Virus record (IMG/VR): IMGVR_UViG_3300033149_004104
Coordinates: 62,001-126,000 of that record
Strand: one strand, 5' to 3'
Origin: an uncultured virus (IMG/VR IMGVR_UViG_3300033149_004104)
Taxonomy: Duplodnaviria > Heunggongvirae > Uroviricota > Caudoviricetes
DNA: 64,000 bases
Made by a program: the position numbers and the translations under genes. Within the stretch, counting starts at the first letter, position 1. The number at the start of each line of letters is the position of its first letter. Below are positions 40,282 to 48,872 of this stretch, one piece after another. The notes below the pieces were generated by a model, which was not told the DNA's origin, made no database searches, and saw nothing but the letters and a program-made list of their open reading frames with translations.

Positions 40282-41136
40282 TTAATTACCTCCGATCCTT
40301 AAATTCTTTTTCTTCTCTTCTTCTCCTGGATATAATACTCTTGGCCCGTATCCTTTGGATAACCCCCTCTCAATATCTCTTACTCCTTTAACAAGCTCAA
40401 ATAAACCATTAGGTTCAACTGAAGCTGCTTGATCACTACCCCACAGATTATGATTCAACGTTATATGCTTTTCTATCCATGTAACTCCATACGCAAGCAC
40501 TGCAAATGCATCTTTAATTCCGTAATAATGAGAGCTATAACCGATTTCTTTTCGAGGATACTTTTCTTTCAACCATTTTACATACTGTAAATATAAATCA
40601 TCAATAGAAGTAGGATACACACTATTTGTATGCATAATAACATGAGGATCTAATATATTAACAGCTTTTTCTATTTCCTCCTCAGTACTCATGCCCGTCG
40701 ACATTATCCTATAATCAAATAAATCTCTACATAATTCAAGAAGTGCGTCGTTGGTAATAAGAGCAGATGGAATCTTTACAATATCCACAAATTTCTTCAT
40801 GAAATAAGCGCTGTCTAAATCCCAAACCGATGCAAACCAGCCTATTCCACAACTAAAACAATAATTATCAATTTCAGCATAATTGTCTTCATTAAATTCA
40901 ATATCTTTTTTATATTGCAAATATGTAATAGGCTTTTGTCTCCAAGGTACAATTTTTTCTTTATTTTTCTTATCTTCAGGAACGCAGATATCCGGATTTC
41001 TTTTCTGGAACTTTACATAATTACAATCTGCAGCACTAGCAATTGTAATAAGTTTTCTAGCACTTTTAATAAACTCTAACTTATCATTTCCAAAGAATGC
41101 ATTTAAGCCAATCTCAGCTATTATCTTAACTTCCAT
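40282..41136 (-). CDS. neuB: Nonulosonic acid synthase, short form lacking the C-terminal SAF domain
   Basis: IIAEIGLN, VKFQKR, KIPSA, MSTGMST, HTNSVYP, GYSSH, IEKHITL, GSDQAAS. Confidence 0.9.
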   Translation of the reverse strand: MEVKIIAEIGLNAFFGNDKLEFIKSARKLITIASAADCNYVKFQKRNPDICVPEDKKNKEKIVPWRQKPITYLQYKKDIEFNEDNYAEIDNYCFSCGIGWFASVWDLDSAYFMKKFVDIVKIPSALITNDALLELCRDLFDYRIMSTGMSTEEEIEKAVNILDPHVIMHTNSVYPTSIDDLYLQYVKWLKEKYPRKEIGYSSHYYGIKDAFAVLAYGVTWIEKHITLNHNLWGSDQAASVEPNGLFELVKGVRDIERGLSKGYGPRVLYPGEEEKKKNLRIGGN

Positions 41137-41196
41137 ATTATACTACTCCAAAGATAGAATAAAAAAATTTGAGTCTATTATATTAGTATTTCTCTT

Positions 41197-41991
41197 CTAC
41201 TGGCTTAAAATTATTTCGCTTGTAGATGTGAGATAATCGATTGGATTAACAAGTTTCCCGTTTTTCCTAATTTCGTAATGAAGATGAATCCCATACGATT
41301 TTCCCGTATTTCCCATTAACCCAATTACTTGACCTCGTTTTACCTTTTGGCCTTCTCTTACATAAGTTCTACTCATGTGTGCATATAAAGTAGTATATCC
41401 GCCATTATGTTTAATCTTTACCATCTTTCCATATACAGGGTGCCAAATCCAAACATCTGTAACTATTCCATCAGCGGTAGCTATTATCTTAGTCCTATCA
41501 CTTGCAGTTATATCTATACCTTTATGAAAAAAGATCTCTTTTGTGAAAGGATAAATCCTATTACCAAATCCCGATGTAATTCTAACCTCCGGACTATAAC
41601 ATACAGGAAACACATTGGGAATATTATGAGTATACTCTTTCCTTTTATCAAAGAAATTTTGAACATTATTTAAGAAGCTATCAAAGCTTCCTGTTCCATT
41701 TTTAATTGCTGTCACTAAATTTTCTATAGAGGTATTTTGTACAGTATTATCAATACCGCCAATATTTATATATTGTTCCTTATTATAAAGAGAAACTACA
41801 ATATCTTTAAGCGTTTCTCTATACTTAATTTGATTACTCTCCAAGTTGTTTATTTTCTTTTCTTTTTTCTCAAGTTCCTGTTTATATGCGGTTTCTTCTT
41901 TTCTTAATTTATTTTGATACCAAATATTTAAATCGATAATAAAAAATATAAAAAAAAGAAAAAGAAATCTCCAAAATAATTTTTCATTCAT
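41197..41991 (-). CDS. M23 peptidase with N-terminal TM anchor and coiled coil
   Basis: ITSGFGNR, HKGIDI, ATADG, YAHMS, GNTGKSYGIHLHYEI. Confidence 0.9.
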   Translation of the reverse strand: MNEKLFWRFLFLFFIFFIIDLNIWYQNKLRKEETAYKQELEKKEKKINNLESNQIKYRETLKDIVVSLYNKEQYINIGGIDNTVQNTSIENLVTAIKNGTGSFDSFLNNVQNFFDKRKEYTHNIPNVFPVCYSPEVRITSGFGNRIYPFTKEIFFHKGIDITASDRTKIIATADGIVTDVWIWHPVYGKMVKIKHNGGYTTLYAHMSRTYVREGQKVKRGQVIGLMGNTGKSYGIHLHYEIRKNGKLVNPIDYLTSTSEIILSQ

Positions 41992-42004
41992 TTTAAAACC
42001 TCTC

Positions 42005-42448
42005 CTACAGGCGATTTAAAACTTTCACAACCTTTACAAAGTATCTGTTTCCTTGATGTACTTTGTAATTATTAGTAACTGCTTTAGGACCAATATTATA
42101 AGCCATAATGGCTTTTTCCCATGAATTAAAGTAAGTATATAGCCACTTAAGATATTTTAAACCCACCTCTATATTATGATAAGGGTTCCAGGGATTAAAT
42201 TTCTTTTCTCTATTCCAGAATTTCTTTTCAAAATAACTTATATAAACAGGATTTAGTTGAAAGATACCGATATCCCCGGATACCCCTCTGATATTCCGCC
42301 AACCTGATTCTACTTCAATTATTGCAATTGCTATATCAGAGGGGATATCATATTCTTTACATTTATCTATTGTAAAGTCTTTTAAAGGGGAACTAAAAGA
42401 ATATAAATGAGTAAAAAAGTACAATAATATAACTACAAAATTCTTCAT
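42005..42448 (-). CDS. Lytic transglycosylase (SLT domain) with signal peptide
   Basis: AIIEVESG, GIFQL, NIEVGLKYL, AYNIG. Confidence 0.9.
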   Translation of the reverse strand: MKNFVVILLYFFTHLYSFSSPLKDFTIDKCKEYDIPSDIAIAIIEVESGWRNIRGVSGDIGIFQLNPVYISYFEKKFWNREKKFNPWNPYHNIEVGLKYLKWLYTYFNSWEKAIMAYNIGPKAVTNNYKVHQGNRYFVKVVKVLNRL

Positions 42449-42457
42449 TTTCCTATA

Positions 42458-43234
42458 TCACATATAAGCATGGTATGCTATCTTCTTATATAAATCCTCA
42501 CTACATATTTCACAAAATCCAACATCTTTGATGAGGAACTTAGAAAGATCTCTAACAAATTTTTTGTCTTTGATACTCATATACCAGTTAACATAAGAAA
42601 CAGGTTTTTCTTTTTTATTAGAGAATTCGTTTCGATATTTATCATATTTAGAAATTGTTGATTGAGATAATCTCATCTTTATAAAAGTTTCATACTTCTT
42701 ATATTTCTTATTATTGTGAAAAAATTGCAATAATAGATTATTTACAATCTTTCTTTTATCGTATTCGATCTTTTTATATGTCGCTAGATGATTATCAATG
42801 TAATCTTCAAAATTTAAATTATTTTCCTCATCGATCACAGAATCTTTATTTAGACACGATAATCTTAACTTTCTATATATTCCCTGTTCATAATCTAATT
42901 TTACAAATGAATGGTTTTTCATCTCTGTTTTGAAAAACTTCTTAGCCTCATTCATTAACTTCATTTTAAAGATATTTGTTATATCAAAATTATCATCTAT
43001 TTTATTAACATCAATATATTTAACAACTTCATTTAATATAAGATAAGCTTCCATTTTAAAATCTTGGAAATCGTCATAATTTTTTGTCCATTTCAGTAAT
43101 TTCCCGCTTACCTTATTAACTAAAGGTTGATACTTTTGCCATAGCTTTTCCATATTATATTTGACATTCTTATTATTCTTAATTTCTTTTATTAATTGTT
43201 TATCGCTTTTAATTTCTTCTTTTATCTTTCTCAT
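42458..43234 (-). CDS. Phage sigma-factor-like protein
   Basis: LWQKYQPLVNKVS...DDFQDFKMEAYLIL..VVKYID resembles sigma70 region 2. Confidence 0.55.
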   Translation of the reverse strand: MRKIKEEIKSDKQLIKEIKNNKNVKYNMEKLWQKYQPLVNKVSGKLLKWTKNYDDFQDFKMEAYLILNEVVKYIDVNKIDDNFDITNIFKMKLMNEAKKFFKTEMKNHSFVKLDYEQGIYRKLRLSCLNKDSVIDEENNLNFEDYIDNHLATYKKIEYDKRKIVNNLLLQFFHNNKKYKKYETFIKMRLSQSTISKYDKYRNEFSNKKEKPVSYVNWYMSIKDKKFVRDLSKFLIKDVGFCEICSEDLYKKIAYHAYM

Positions 43235-43301
43235 TTTCTTCTCCTTAAAATTATATTAGTCATAAGTTATAAGCTCCTAAAAAAATGATTTGCATAACTT
43301 T

Positions 43302-43523
43302 TCATGAAATACCCCCTATTATCGAGGGATATTCCCCTTCTATATATGTATTTGTCAAAGTAGAATTATCAGAAAACTGTTGCCTTACTCCGACAAACAA
43401 TTTGCCTTTTGGAGTTTTACCTCTAAAGGTTATTTCAATAACTTCTTTCATTTGGCCAAAACAATTGGGAAGTATATCCCCAATTGTTATATTTTCAATG
43501 TCTTCTTTAGAAAACCTTTTCAT
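43302..43523 (-). CDS. Small hypothetical protein
   Basis: 73 aa; strong SD AAGGAGG. Confidence 0.65.
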   Translation of the reverse strand: MKRFSKEDIENITIGDILPNCFGQMKEVIEITFRGKTPKGKLFVGVRQQFSDNSTLTNTYIEGEYPSIIGGIS

Positions 43524-43544
43524 ATTATCCTCCTTGTAATCAAT

Positions 43545-44114
43545 TTATTCTAACAGTTTAATTTCTTTTTTAATTTCCTTCTCTAACAAAAGAGAAGTAT
43601 CTTTAGTGTTTACTGTAGTTTGACGTCCTCCGGTAATTTCTGCAAGCTTTTTCATAAACTCTTCTCCTTTATCTCCACCAGGGCCAATATAAATAATATT
43701 GACTGGCGTTGCAAGTTTAAGCGCTTCTTCTATTGCTTGAGATTCAGAATCGGGTAAGCCATCGCTAATAACAATTATTGTTTGTCTTTTACTCCGCGGC
43801 AATGTCGTACATAAACGGAAAGCTTCTGCCATATTTGTTTCTCCTGCTGGAAATGTTTCAATTCCTAGACAAGCGCTTTCTGAAAATGAAATATATGATG
43901 CCCTTGGATAGTCTTGAATTGCTTCCATTAAAGCATCAAACTTGGATTTACCCTTCACATATTCTGACATCGATCCAGAGCAATCAAGCAATAAAGTTAA
44001 ACTTGATTGCGCTTCAATTCTTTTCTTTTCTTTTTTTATGTCAGCTAAACCTTTTTTTAAGCTATCTGACAATGATAGCATTGAATCTTTTTTAAAAACT
44101 AAAGCTTTTTTCAT
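43545..44114 (-). CDS. vWA-domain protein
   Basis: MIDAS motif DCSGS, ETNM, VISDGLP, FMKKLAEITGG. Confidence 0.85.
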   Translation of the reverse strand: MKKALVFKKDSMLSLSDSLKKGLADIKKEKKRIEAQSSLTLLLDCSGSMSEYVKGKSKFDALMEAIQDYPRASYISFSESACLGIETFPAGETNMAEAFRLCTTLPRSKRQTIIVISDGLPDSESQAIEEALKLATPVNIIYIGPGGDKGEEFMKKLAEITGGRQTTVNTKDTSLLLEKEIKKEIKLLE

Positions 44115-44695
44115 ATTTCTACCCTCTCTTCTATTTCATTTAATATTTTATTGCATAATACAAAGAGCCGATCAATACAAGCCTCTAATTCTCCCTCGCT
44201 GTCAGTACTCTCAGCTCTCGCTATTATGCTTGAAATTTTTTCAAATTGCCTCTCAGCTTTTTCAATAAATTCATCATCAATTAGGTCTTGAAAATAACAA
44301 TGTTTAACAAGCGTGAGAAGATTAATAGGAATATATTCAATGTCTTTCTTTTTTATTGAGTATTTGGCTTTCGCTATTACAGCAGGCAATGGCCTAATTA
44401 TTTCAAAGTTTTCATGCATAAAAACTCTATGAGTCCCCGTATGAGAAAGCCATTTATTCTTTTTATCTACAATACAAAAGGCTGGAGGCGGCCTATCATT
44501 CCTTTTTTGAAGAGGATAAAATCTAAAAGATCTTCTTCCTCTTGAATTTAAACTGCACACGATAAAGACCCTTCTGGTATAAAATTCCTTTAAATTTGGA
44601 GTCCATACCATCGGATCTGATTCATGATTCGGAACAATTTTAGTACATGCGGTTGCCACGAACTTAGACGGATTCTCTTTATCAAATGTAAACAT
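44111..44695 (-). CDS. Hypothetical protein
   Basis: ATG 44695 with SD GGAG preferred over track start. Confidence 0.55.
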   Translation of the reverse strand: MFTFDKENPSKFVATACTKIVPNHESDPMVWTPNLKEFYTRRVFIVCSLNSRGRRSFRFYPLQKRNDRPPPAFCIVDKKNKWLSHTGTHRVFMHENFEIIRPLPAVIAKAKYSIKKKDIEYIPINLLTLVKHCYFQDLIDDEFIEKAERQFEKISSIIARAESTDSEGELEACIDRLFVLCNKILNEIEERVEI

Positions 44696-44957
44696 GAAAC
44701 CGTCTCCATTTTGCACTTTTCCCACGAGGCAGGCCTTTCTGTGGCCTCCAAAATCCTTCTGCTCGTGCTAATCGATACATGTATCGATCAACTGCTCGAG
44801 CCAGATCAACTGATTTTTCAGTAACTTCACAACAAGCTAAACTTACTTGTTGCCTAAAATCTTGAGGCATTTCTTCTTCTAACCACCGCCATCGTCGATA
44901 AGCGATGGCAAGAGCATAGGGAAAATGTGGACGAGGGTCATTGTATATCTTCTTCAT
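44682..44957 (-). CDS. Hypothetical protein
   Basis: 91 aa; SD AAGGAGG. Confidence 0.6.
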   Translation of the reverse strand: MKKIYNDPRPHFPYALAIAYRRWRWLEEEMPQDFRQQVSLACCEVTEKSVDLARAVDRYMYRLARAEGFWRPQKGLPRGKSAKWRRFHVYI

Positions 44958-44994
44958 TTTATTTTCCTCCTTAACATCATTTAATTTTTAGGAA

Positions 44995-45300
44995 TTAAAT
45001 TCCAGATAGCTTTCTTTTTATTTTCAAATGCGATTCATACAGACAGCGAATCTTTCCTTGATTGTCAATTCTAAGCAAAGCTTCACCAAGCGTATTTTCA
45101 GTACCAAAAGTCTCTCTTATTCCATTACATTCTTTGTAAATTCTCCAGAAGAATTTGGTTTTATAACCATCCCAGTTACCTGATCGGGAAATGATTCTAG
45201 ATTCTTTAATGATTTCATATCCACGGAAGTACCATTTCCCGTTTTTTCTTTTAGCTTCTTTTTTTAATTCCTTGATTTTAGTCTTATCATTGTCATTCAT
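44995..45300 (-). CDS. Early hypothetical protein
   Basis: SD AAGGAG; downstream of repeat copy 1. Confidence 0.65.
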   Translation of the reverse strand: MNDNDKTKIKELKKEAKRKNGKWYFRGYEIIKESRIISRSGNWDGYKTKFFWRIYKECNGIRETFGTENTLGEALLRIDNQGKIRCLYESHLKIKRKLSGI

Positions 45301-45344
45301 TTTTCTCTCCTTTACATTTTAAATTCATTAGTTATAATACTACA

Positions 45345-45411
45345 TTCTGCTTACAATGTAAATATATAACTGCACCTGGAAATTAAACTGGGGCTAGCCA
45401 CCAGGATAGCT
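45345..45411 (-). repeat. Mini-tRNA-like intergenic element, copy 1 (degenerate)
   Basis: AGCTATCCTGGTGGCTAGCCCCAGTTTAATTTCCAGG...TTACATTGTAAGCAGAA. Confidence 0.75.
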
Positions 45412-45414
45412 ATT

Positions 45415-45693
45415 CTATAAAATAACTACATCAGCATCGACGGGCTCATATAAAACCACATGCCCGCTGGCTTCTTCAATACTCTTGACAGAAGCTCCCG
45501 CCCAGCCAAACGGGCCTCCGACTCCGAAAGGGTCAATTTTAATAGCATTGAAAAAATCAACGCTATCCATGCCTTCCCAAACCTTGTTGTCATCAACAAA
45601 GAAAACTGCGTAAACATCTTCGCCCTTGTCGACGACTTGATCTTTTATTACTGTGTCATACTGCACAGTAAATTTCACTGCTACCTTTTTCAT
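45415..45693 (-). CDS. Early hypothetical protein
   Basis: Start MKKVAVKF at 45693 with SD AAGGAG. Confidence 0.65.
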   Translation of the reverse strand: MKKVAVKFTVQYDTVIKDQVVDKGEDVYAVFFVDDNKVWEGMDSVDFFNAIKIDPFGVGGPFGWAGASVKSIEEASGHVVLYEPVDADVVIL

Positions 45694-45715
45694 TTTTTCT
45701 CTCCTTATCATAATA

Positions 45716-45786
45716 TTCTGCTTACAACATAAGCATATAACCATGCCCAGGAATTGAACCCGAGCCTTATACCACTAGAATGAATA
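45716..45786 (-). repeat. Mini-tRNA-like element, copy 2
   Basis: CTAGTGGTATAAG-GCTCGGG-TTCAATT-CCTGGGC-ATGG, then hairpin GCTTAT-GTT-GTAAGC. Confidence 0.8.
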
Positions 45787-45799
45787 ATTGGAATTATAA

Positions 45800-46105
45800 T
45801 TATTTATGATAAAATCTTGCTTTTATTCTCCCACTCTTAGTTGTGTACAATTCAATAGCATTCTCCCACTCTACACTTGAAGGGGGGTCACCATAGATAA
45901 CAACCTCTCTTCTTTCACTGTCATCTACCCACTTATAAAAAGTTTCCTCCTCTATCCAAGAGTGATCCGAAAATATTACTTTTGCGTAATCCCTAAATAC
46001 TTGATAATCTATCTCTCCATCCGTATAGAAGCACATCGCTACATCTATACCCTGCTCATAAATAAGGTAATCGGGAAGGTCGCTTATCCTAATAATATCT
46101 CCCAT
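45800..46105 (-). CDS. Early hypothetical protein
   Basis: 101 aa; SD AAGGAG. Confidence 0.65.
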   Translation of the reverse strand: MGDIIRISDLPDYLIYEQGIDVAMCFYTDGEIDYQVFRDYAKVIFSDHSWIEEETFYKWVDDSERREVVIYGDPPSSVEWENAIELYTTKSGRIKARFYHK

Positions 46106-46149
46106 CCTTATCTCCTTTACGTTTTAGACCCGCCGGTCATAATATTATA

Positions 46150-46200
46150 TTTCGCTTACAACGTAAGCTTACAATTGTACCCAGGAATTGAACCAGGGAA
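46150..46200 (-). repeat. Mini-tRNA-like element, copy 3 (5' half lost)
   Basis: CCCTGG-TTCAATT-CCTGGG, then GCTTAC-GTT-GTAAGC; abuts the stop of 46201..46770. Confidence 0.8.
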
Positions 46201-46770
46201 TTATTCATAATAATTAAAAAGAACAGGCATTATAAAAGCCATATACCGGAATTTATTATACTGCTGCGATGATACAAGAATCAAAGGATTAAAAGGTTCC
46301 GCAGGTATTTGTACTTCCAGAAAATAACCGGAAGGAATATTCTTTAAATAGTCACGTAAATGATCGTATTCGATAGTCCAAGTTTCTTTTGTGTTCCAGT
46401 TTTTGGACATTTTAATGATTATGTCCGTGTATATGAGCGGTATCGAGCTAACAGGATATTGAACTAAATATTGAGTTTGTAATTTATATTTCTGCATCAC
46501 CCGCTTGTGATCTGGGAAATTAATATTATCAGATTGAATCAGATATTTATTTTTTAGATCAATATAATAAATTCCTTCGGGCAAAATTATATCCTCGTCT
46601 GTAGTTTCAACAATATACATTCTCTTAGTATCGGTACTTACAAGAGAATAACCTGTTGAGAGGATATGACCGAAAAACGGCAACCGAGTGCCTTTCCCGG
46701 CAGCTACCTTCAAGTATTTTATCAGCGGTTTTAAATCTTGATGAATAAAAATCTGATCTTTTTCTTTCAT
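46201..46770 (-). CDS. Short beta-clamp-like domain protein
   Basis: LVSTDTKRM and NFPDHKRVM resemble the DnaN middle-domain motifs ATDGHRL and FPDYxRVI. Confidence 0.5.
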   Translation of the reverse strand: MKEKDQIFIHQDLKPLIKYLKVAAGKGTRLPFFGHILSTGYSLVSTDTKRMYIVETTDEDIILPEGIYYIDLKNKYLIQSDNINFPDHKRVMQKYKLQTQYLVQYPVSSIPLIYTDIIIKMSKNWNTKETWTIEYDHLRDYLKNIPSGYFLEVQIPAEPFNPLILVSSQQYNKFRYMAFIMPVLFNYYE

Positions 46771-46791
46771 TTTGTTATCCTCCGTTTTATT

Positions 46792-47238
46792 CTATCTATC
46801 AAATTTAAAATAAACTCTCGGTTCAATCTCCCCAGGACGTCCAACGTCAAACCCGATGGGCATGATCGGTTCTAATTCATAAGCTCCTAGAAAGCCCTCG
46901 AGAAGATTCTCTTGATCGATTTGATCAAGAGTAAGAAAGATTGCCTCTTCAGCTGGAGATAGGGAAGCGCCAACATTACCTAAGAACCAGAGTTGACCGA
47001 AATTGAGATTTTTAACCTCAACTTCAACTCTGTACCATGGGTCATCAGCAAGAATGATCCATTTTGGAAAACTCTGCCCCCGCAAGGCTTTCCTAAGATC
47101 ATTTACAGATGGGAATTTATACTTCCCGTTTGTATTGATCGTTAGAGATAGAGAGCGAGGGGCTGGAGCTCCTTCTTTCTTTACTCCATCCCAAGAGAAT
47201 CCAGGGCGGATTGAAAAAGAATATTTCATTTCTCTCAT
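46792..47238 (-). CDS. Early hypothetical protein, paralog of 47864..48328
   Basis: SFxIRPxFxWDGxKKxGxPxPxS...QLxFLGxVGAxL...GRPGxxEP shared with paralog. Confidence 0.7.
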   Translation of the reverse strand: MREMKYSFSIRPGFSWDGVKKEGAPAPRSLSLTINTNGKYKFPSVNDLRKALRGQSFPKWIILADDPWYRVEVEVKNLNFGQLWFLGNVGASLSPAEEAIFLTLDQIDQENLLEGFLGAYELEPIMPIGFDVGRPGEIEPRVYFKFDR

Positions 47239-47258
47239 TTCTCCTTTCATTATAATAT

Positions 47259-47326
47259 ATTCTGCTTACAACGTAAGCTTACAGCCGTGCCCAGGAATCG
47301 AACCTGGGCTAACCACCAGGACGGCT
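47259..47326 (-). ncRNA. Mini-tRNA-like element, copy 4 (best copy) plus 3' hairpin
   Basis: AGCCGT-CCTGGTGGTTA-GCCCAGG-TTCGATT-CCTGGGC-ACGGCT, then GCTTAC-GTT-GTAAGC. Confidence 0.75.
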
Positions 47327-47338
47327 AATTCCAATTTG

Positions 47339-47569
47339 TTAGTACTGCAATTTTTCCAAAAGCCACACATACCCATCCCATTCATAGCGAATAGGATGAA
47401 CGATAAACCCGTCTTCTCTCGTATGGTTGCGAAGATATCTTTCTACAGCTCCAGGGCTTCTCTTTATAATTCTGTATGGATGATCTTCCTGCTGCTGCAG
47501 AAACCACATGAGATCAATGATCTCATCCTTCTTTCCGTTCTCCCAAATTTTTACCACGTCATTTCTCAT
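47339..47569 (-). CDS. Early hypothetical protein
   Basis: 76 aa; SD GAGGTG. Confidence 0.6.
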   Translation of the reverse strand: MRNDVVKIWENGKKDEIIDLMWFLQQQEDHPYRIIKRSPGAVERYLRNHTREDGFIVHPIRYEWDGYVWLLEKLQY

Positions 47570-47586
47570 TTCTTCACCTCTCCATT

Positions 47587-47763
47587 TTAATAATCTTCTC
47601 CAGGTTCTCTTCTTAGAACCTTTTGAAGTCTAATTTTATATGCTCGAGGACTTAGAACTTCTAAGTCCTCATAATTTTTGACGAAATCAAAGCACTTTTC
47701 CATATTCCCCTCAAAGAGGACATCTGCCCTTTTGAAGGAAACCACAACCCACTTTTTCTCCAT
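47587..47763 (-). CDS. Early hypothetical protein, 58 aa (not in ORF track)
   Basis: MEKKWVVVSFKRADVLFEG...; SD AAGGAG; fills the gap between neighbours. Confidence 0.6.
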   Translation of the reverse strand: MEKKWVVVSFKRADVLFEGNMEKCFDFVKNYEDLEVLSPRAYKIRLQKVLRREPGEDY

Positions 47764-47789
47764 CTTTCTCTCCTTTCTTTTTCATAATC

Positions 47790-47811
47790 TTCTACTTGCC
47801 ATACGGCGAGC
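47790..47811 (-). repeat. Element copy 5: 3' hairpin only
   Basis: CTCGCC-GTAT-GGCAAGTAGAA, matching the hairpin of copy 6 with one mismatch. Confidence 0.65.
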
Positions 47812-47863
47812 TATATTCCTATAAATATATCACTTAGCGAACTTTTGGCCCCAGCTTCCCCCT

Positions 47864-48328
47864 CTAAAATTTTAGAAAAAGTGCAGGCTCGGGCCCACCG
47901 GGACGCCCCAAATCCAAGCTTACAGGTCGGATATGTATCCCACCGTGAATGTCCAAGAACTTGTCGAGAAGATTCATTCGGCTCCCATCATCGGATGTGA
48001 CATATTCTTGGTTAGCCTGATTCATAACTGAGAGAATTTCTCTCTCGGCTAAATTGAGAGTTGCTCCAACTTGGCCAAGAAAGAACAATTGATCAAATGT
48101 CATATCCCTGATATCACATTTGACTTCGATTCTCACATCTGGGCCATCATTAACAATAGTCCAGATAAAGCCATGCCCGTCCAGGGCTTCCCTCATATCT
48201 CTTACTGACGAGAAACTCCGCTCTCCGTCAGTGAGAATTATTAAAGTCATTGAGTGCGGGTCTGGCACTCCATGCTTTTTTGCCCCATCCCAGAAGAATC
48301 TAGGGCGAATTCTAAAAGACCGCTTCAT
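47864..48328 (-). CDS. Early hypothetical protein, paralog of 46792..47238
   Basis: Shared motifs with paralog; SD AGGAGG. Confidence 0.7.
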   Translation of the reverse strand: MKRSFRIRPRFFWDGAKKHGVPDPHSMTLIILTDGERSFSSVRDMREALDGHGFIWTIVNDGPDVRIEVKCDIRDMTFDQLFFLGQVGATLNLAEREILSVMNQANQEYVTSDDGSRMNLLDKFLDIHGGIHIRPVSLDLGRPGGPEPALFLKF

Positions 48329-48546
48329 TTTCTTCCTCCTTTAATAATATTATTAGTCTCCTTTAACAGAGACTCTTCACTATAATGCCCCCCGCAATAT
48401 AGACAATATAAGTAATCTCCATACCCATATATCTTTATATCAGATAAAGATATGGGATCGCCAACATTAAGCGCTTCAATTGCACATTTAACATGATAGC
48501 GCAAAGGATTCGCTATCACTTCATTATACATAGTACTATTTTTCAT
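48325..48546 (-). CDS. Small CxxC protein, paralog of 49028..49252
   Basis: MYNExxAxPLRYHVKCxIEA...LYCxYCGGxYSEESL shared. Confidence 0.7.
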   Translation of the reverse strand: MKNSTMYNEVIANPLRYHVKCAIEALNVGDPISLSDIKIYGYGDYLYCLYCGGHYSEESLLKETNNIIKGGRK

Positions 48547-48568
48547 TTTCTTTCTCCATTTAATGATT

Positions 48569-48637
48569 TTCTACTTGCCATACGGCAAGTTACAGCCGTG
48601 TCCGGGAATCGAACCCGGGCCTAACCACCAGGACGGC
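48569..48637 (-). ncRNA. Mini-tRNA-like element, copy 6, plus 3' hairpin
   Basis: GCCGT-CCTGGTGGTTAGGC-CCGGG-TTCGATT-CCCGG-AC-ACGGC, then ACTTGCC-GTAT-GGCAAGT. Confidence 0.75.
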
Positions 48638-48644
48638 AATCCCT

Positions 48645-48872
48645 CTATTCCTCAAATTGCTCCCATCGGGAGCTATAAATATATGCTCCCGCGCAAGCGA
48701 GCATCTGCACGTGTTTATCACAAAACTCGCCGCCATCACCTTGACCCCACCACACATGCCAGACGCCTTCAGCGTCTTCCGGATACTCGAGAATCCCTGC
48801 AGGGTTCTCTAGCCCGCAATACGGACAAGATTCAGCATCTCTTAAAATTTCGTCAATTGTCTTCTTCTTCAT
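48645..48872 (-). CDS. Small zinc-binding-like protein
   Basis: CPYC...CDKH. Confidence 0.6.
   Translation of the reverse strand: MKKKTIDEILRDAESCPYCGLENPAGILEYPEDAEGVWHVWWGQGDGGEFCDKHVQMLACAGAYIYSSRWEQFEE

Noticed and set aside
41197..42448. Host assignment (e.g. spirochaete) from M23/SLT style
   Set aside because: Only an impression; not supportable without homology or CRISPR-spacer searches.
47003..47590. 195 aa plus-strand ORF and other antisense or nested ORFs in the track (e.g. 48563-48901, 57132-57551)
   Set aside because: They are shadows of well-supported opposite-strand genes; similarity among some of them comes from reading through the RNA repeats.
45345..48637. CRISPR array
   Set aside because: Repeats are separated by whole genes at irregular spacing of hundreds of bases, not 30-40 nt spacers; no cas genes seen.
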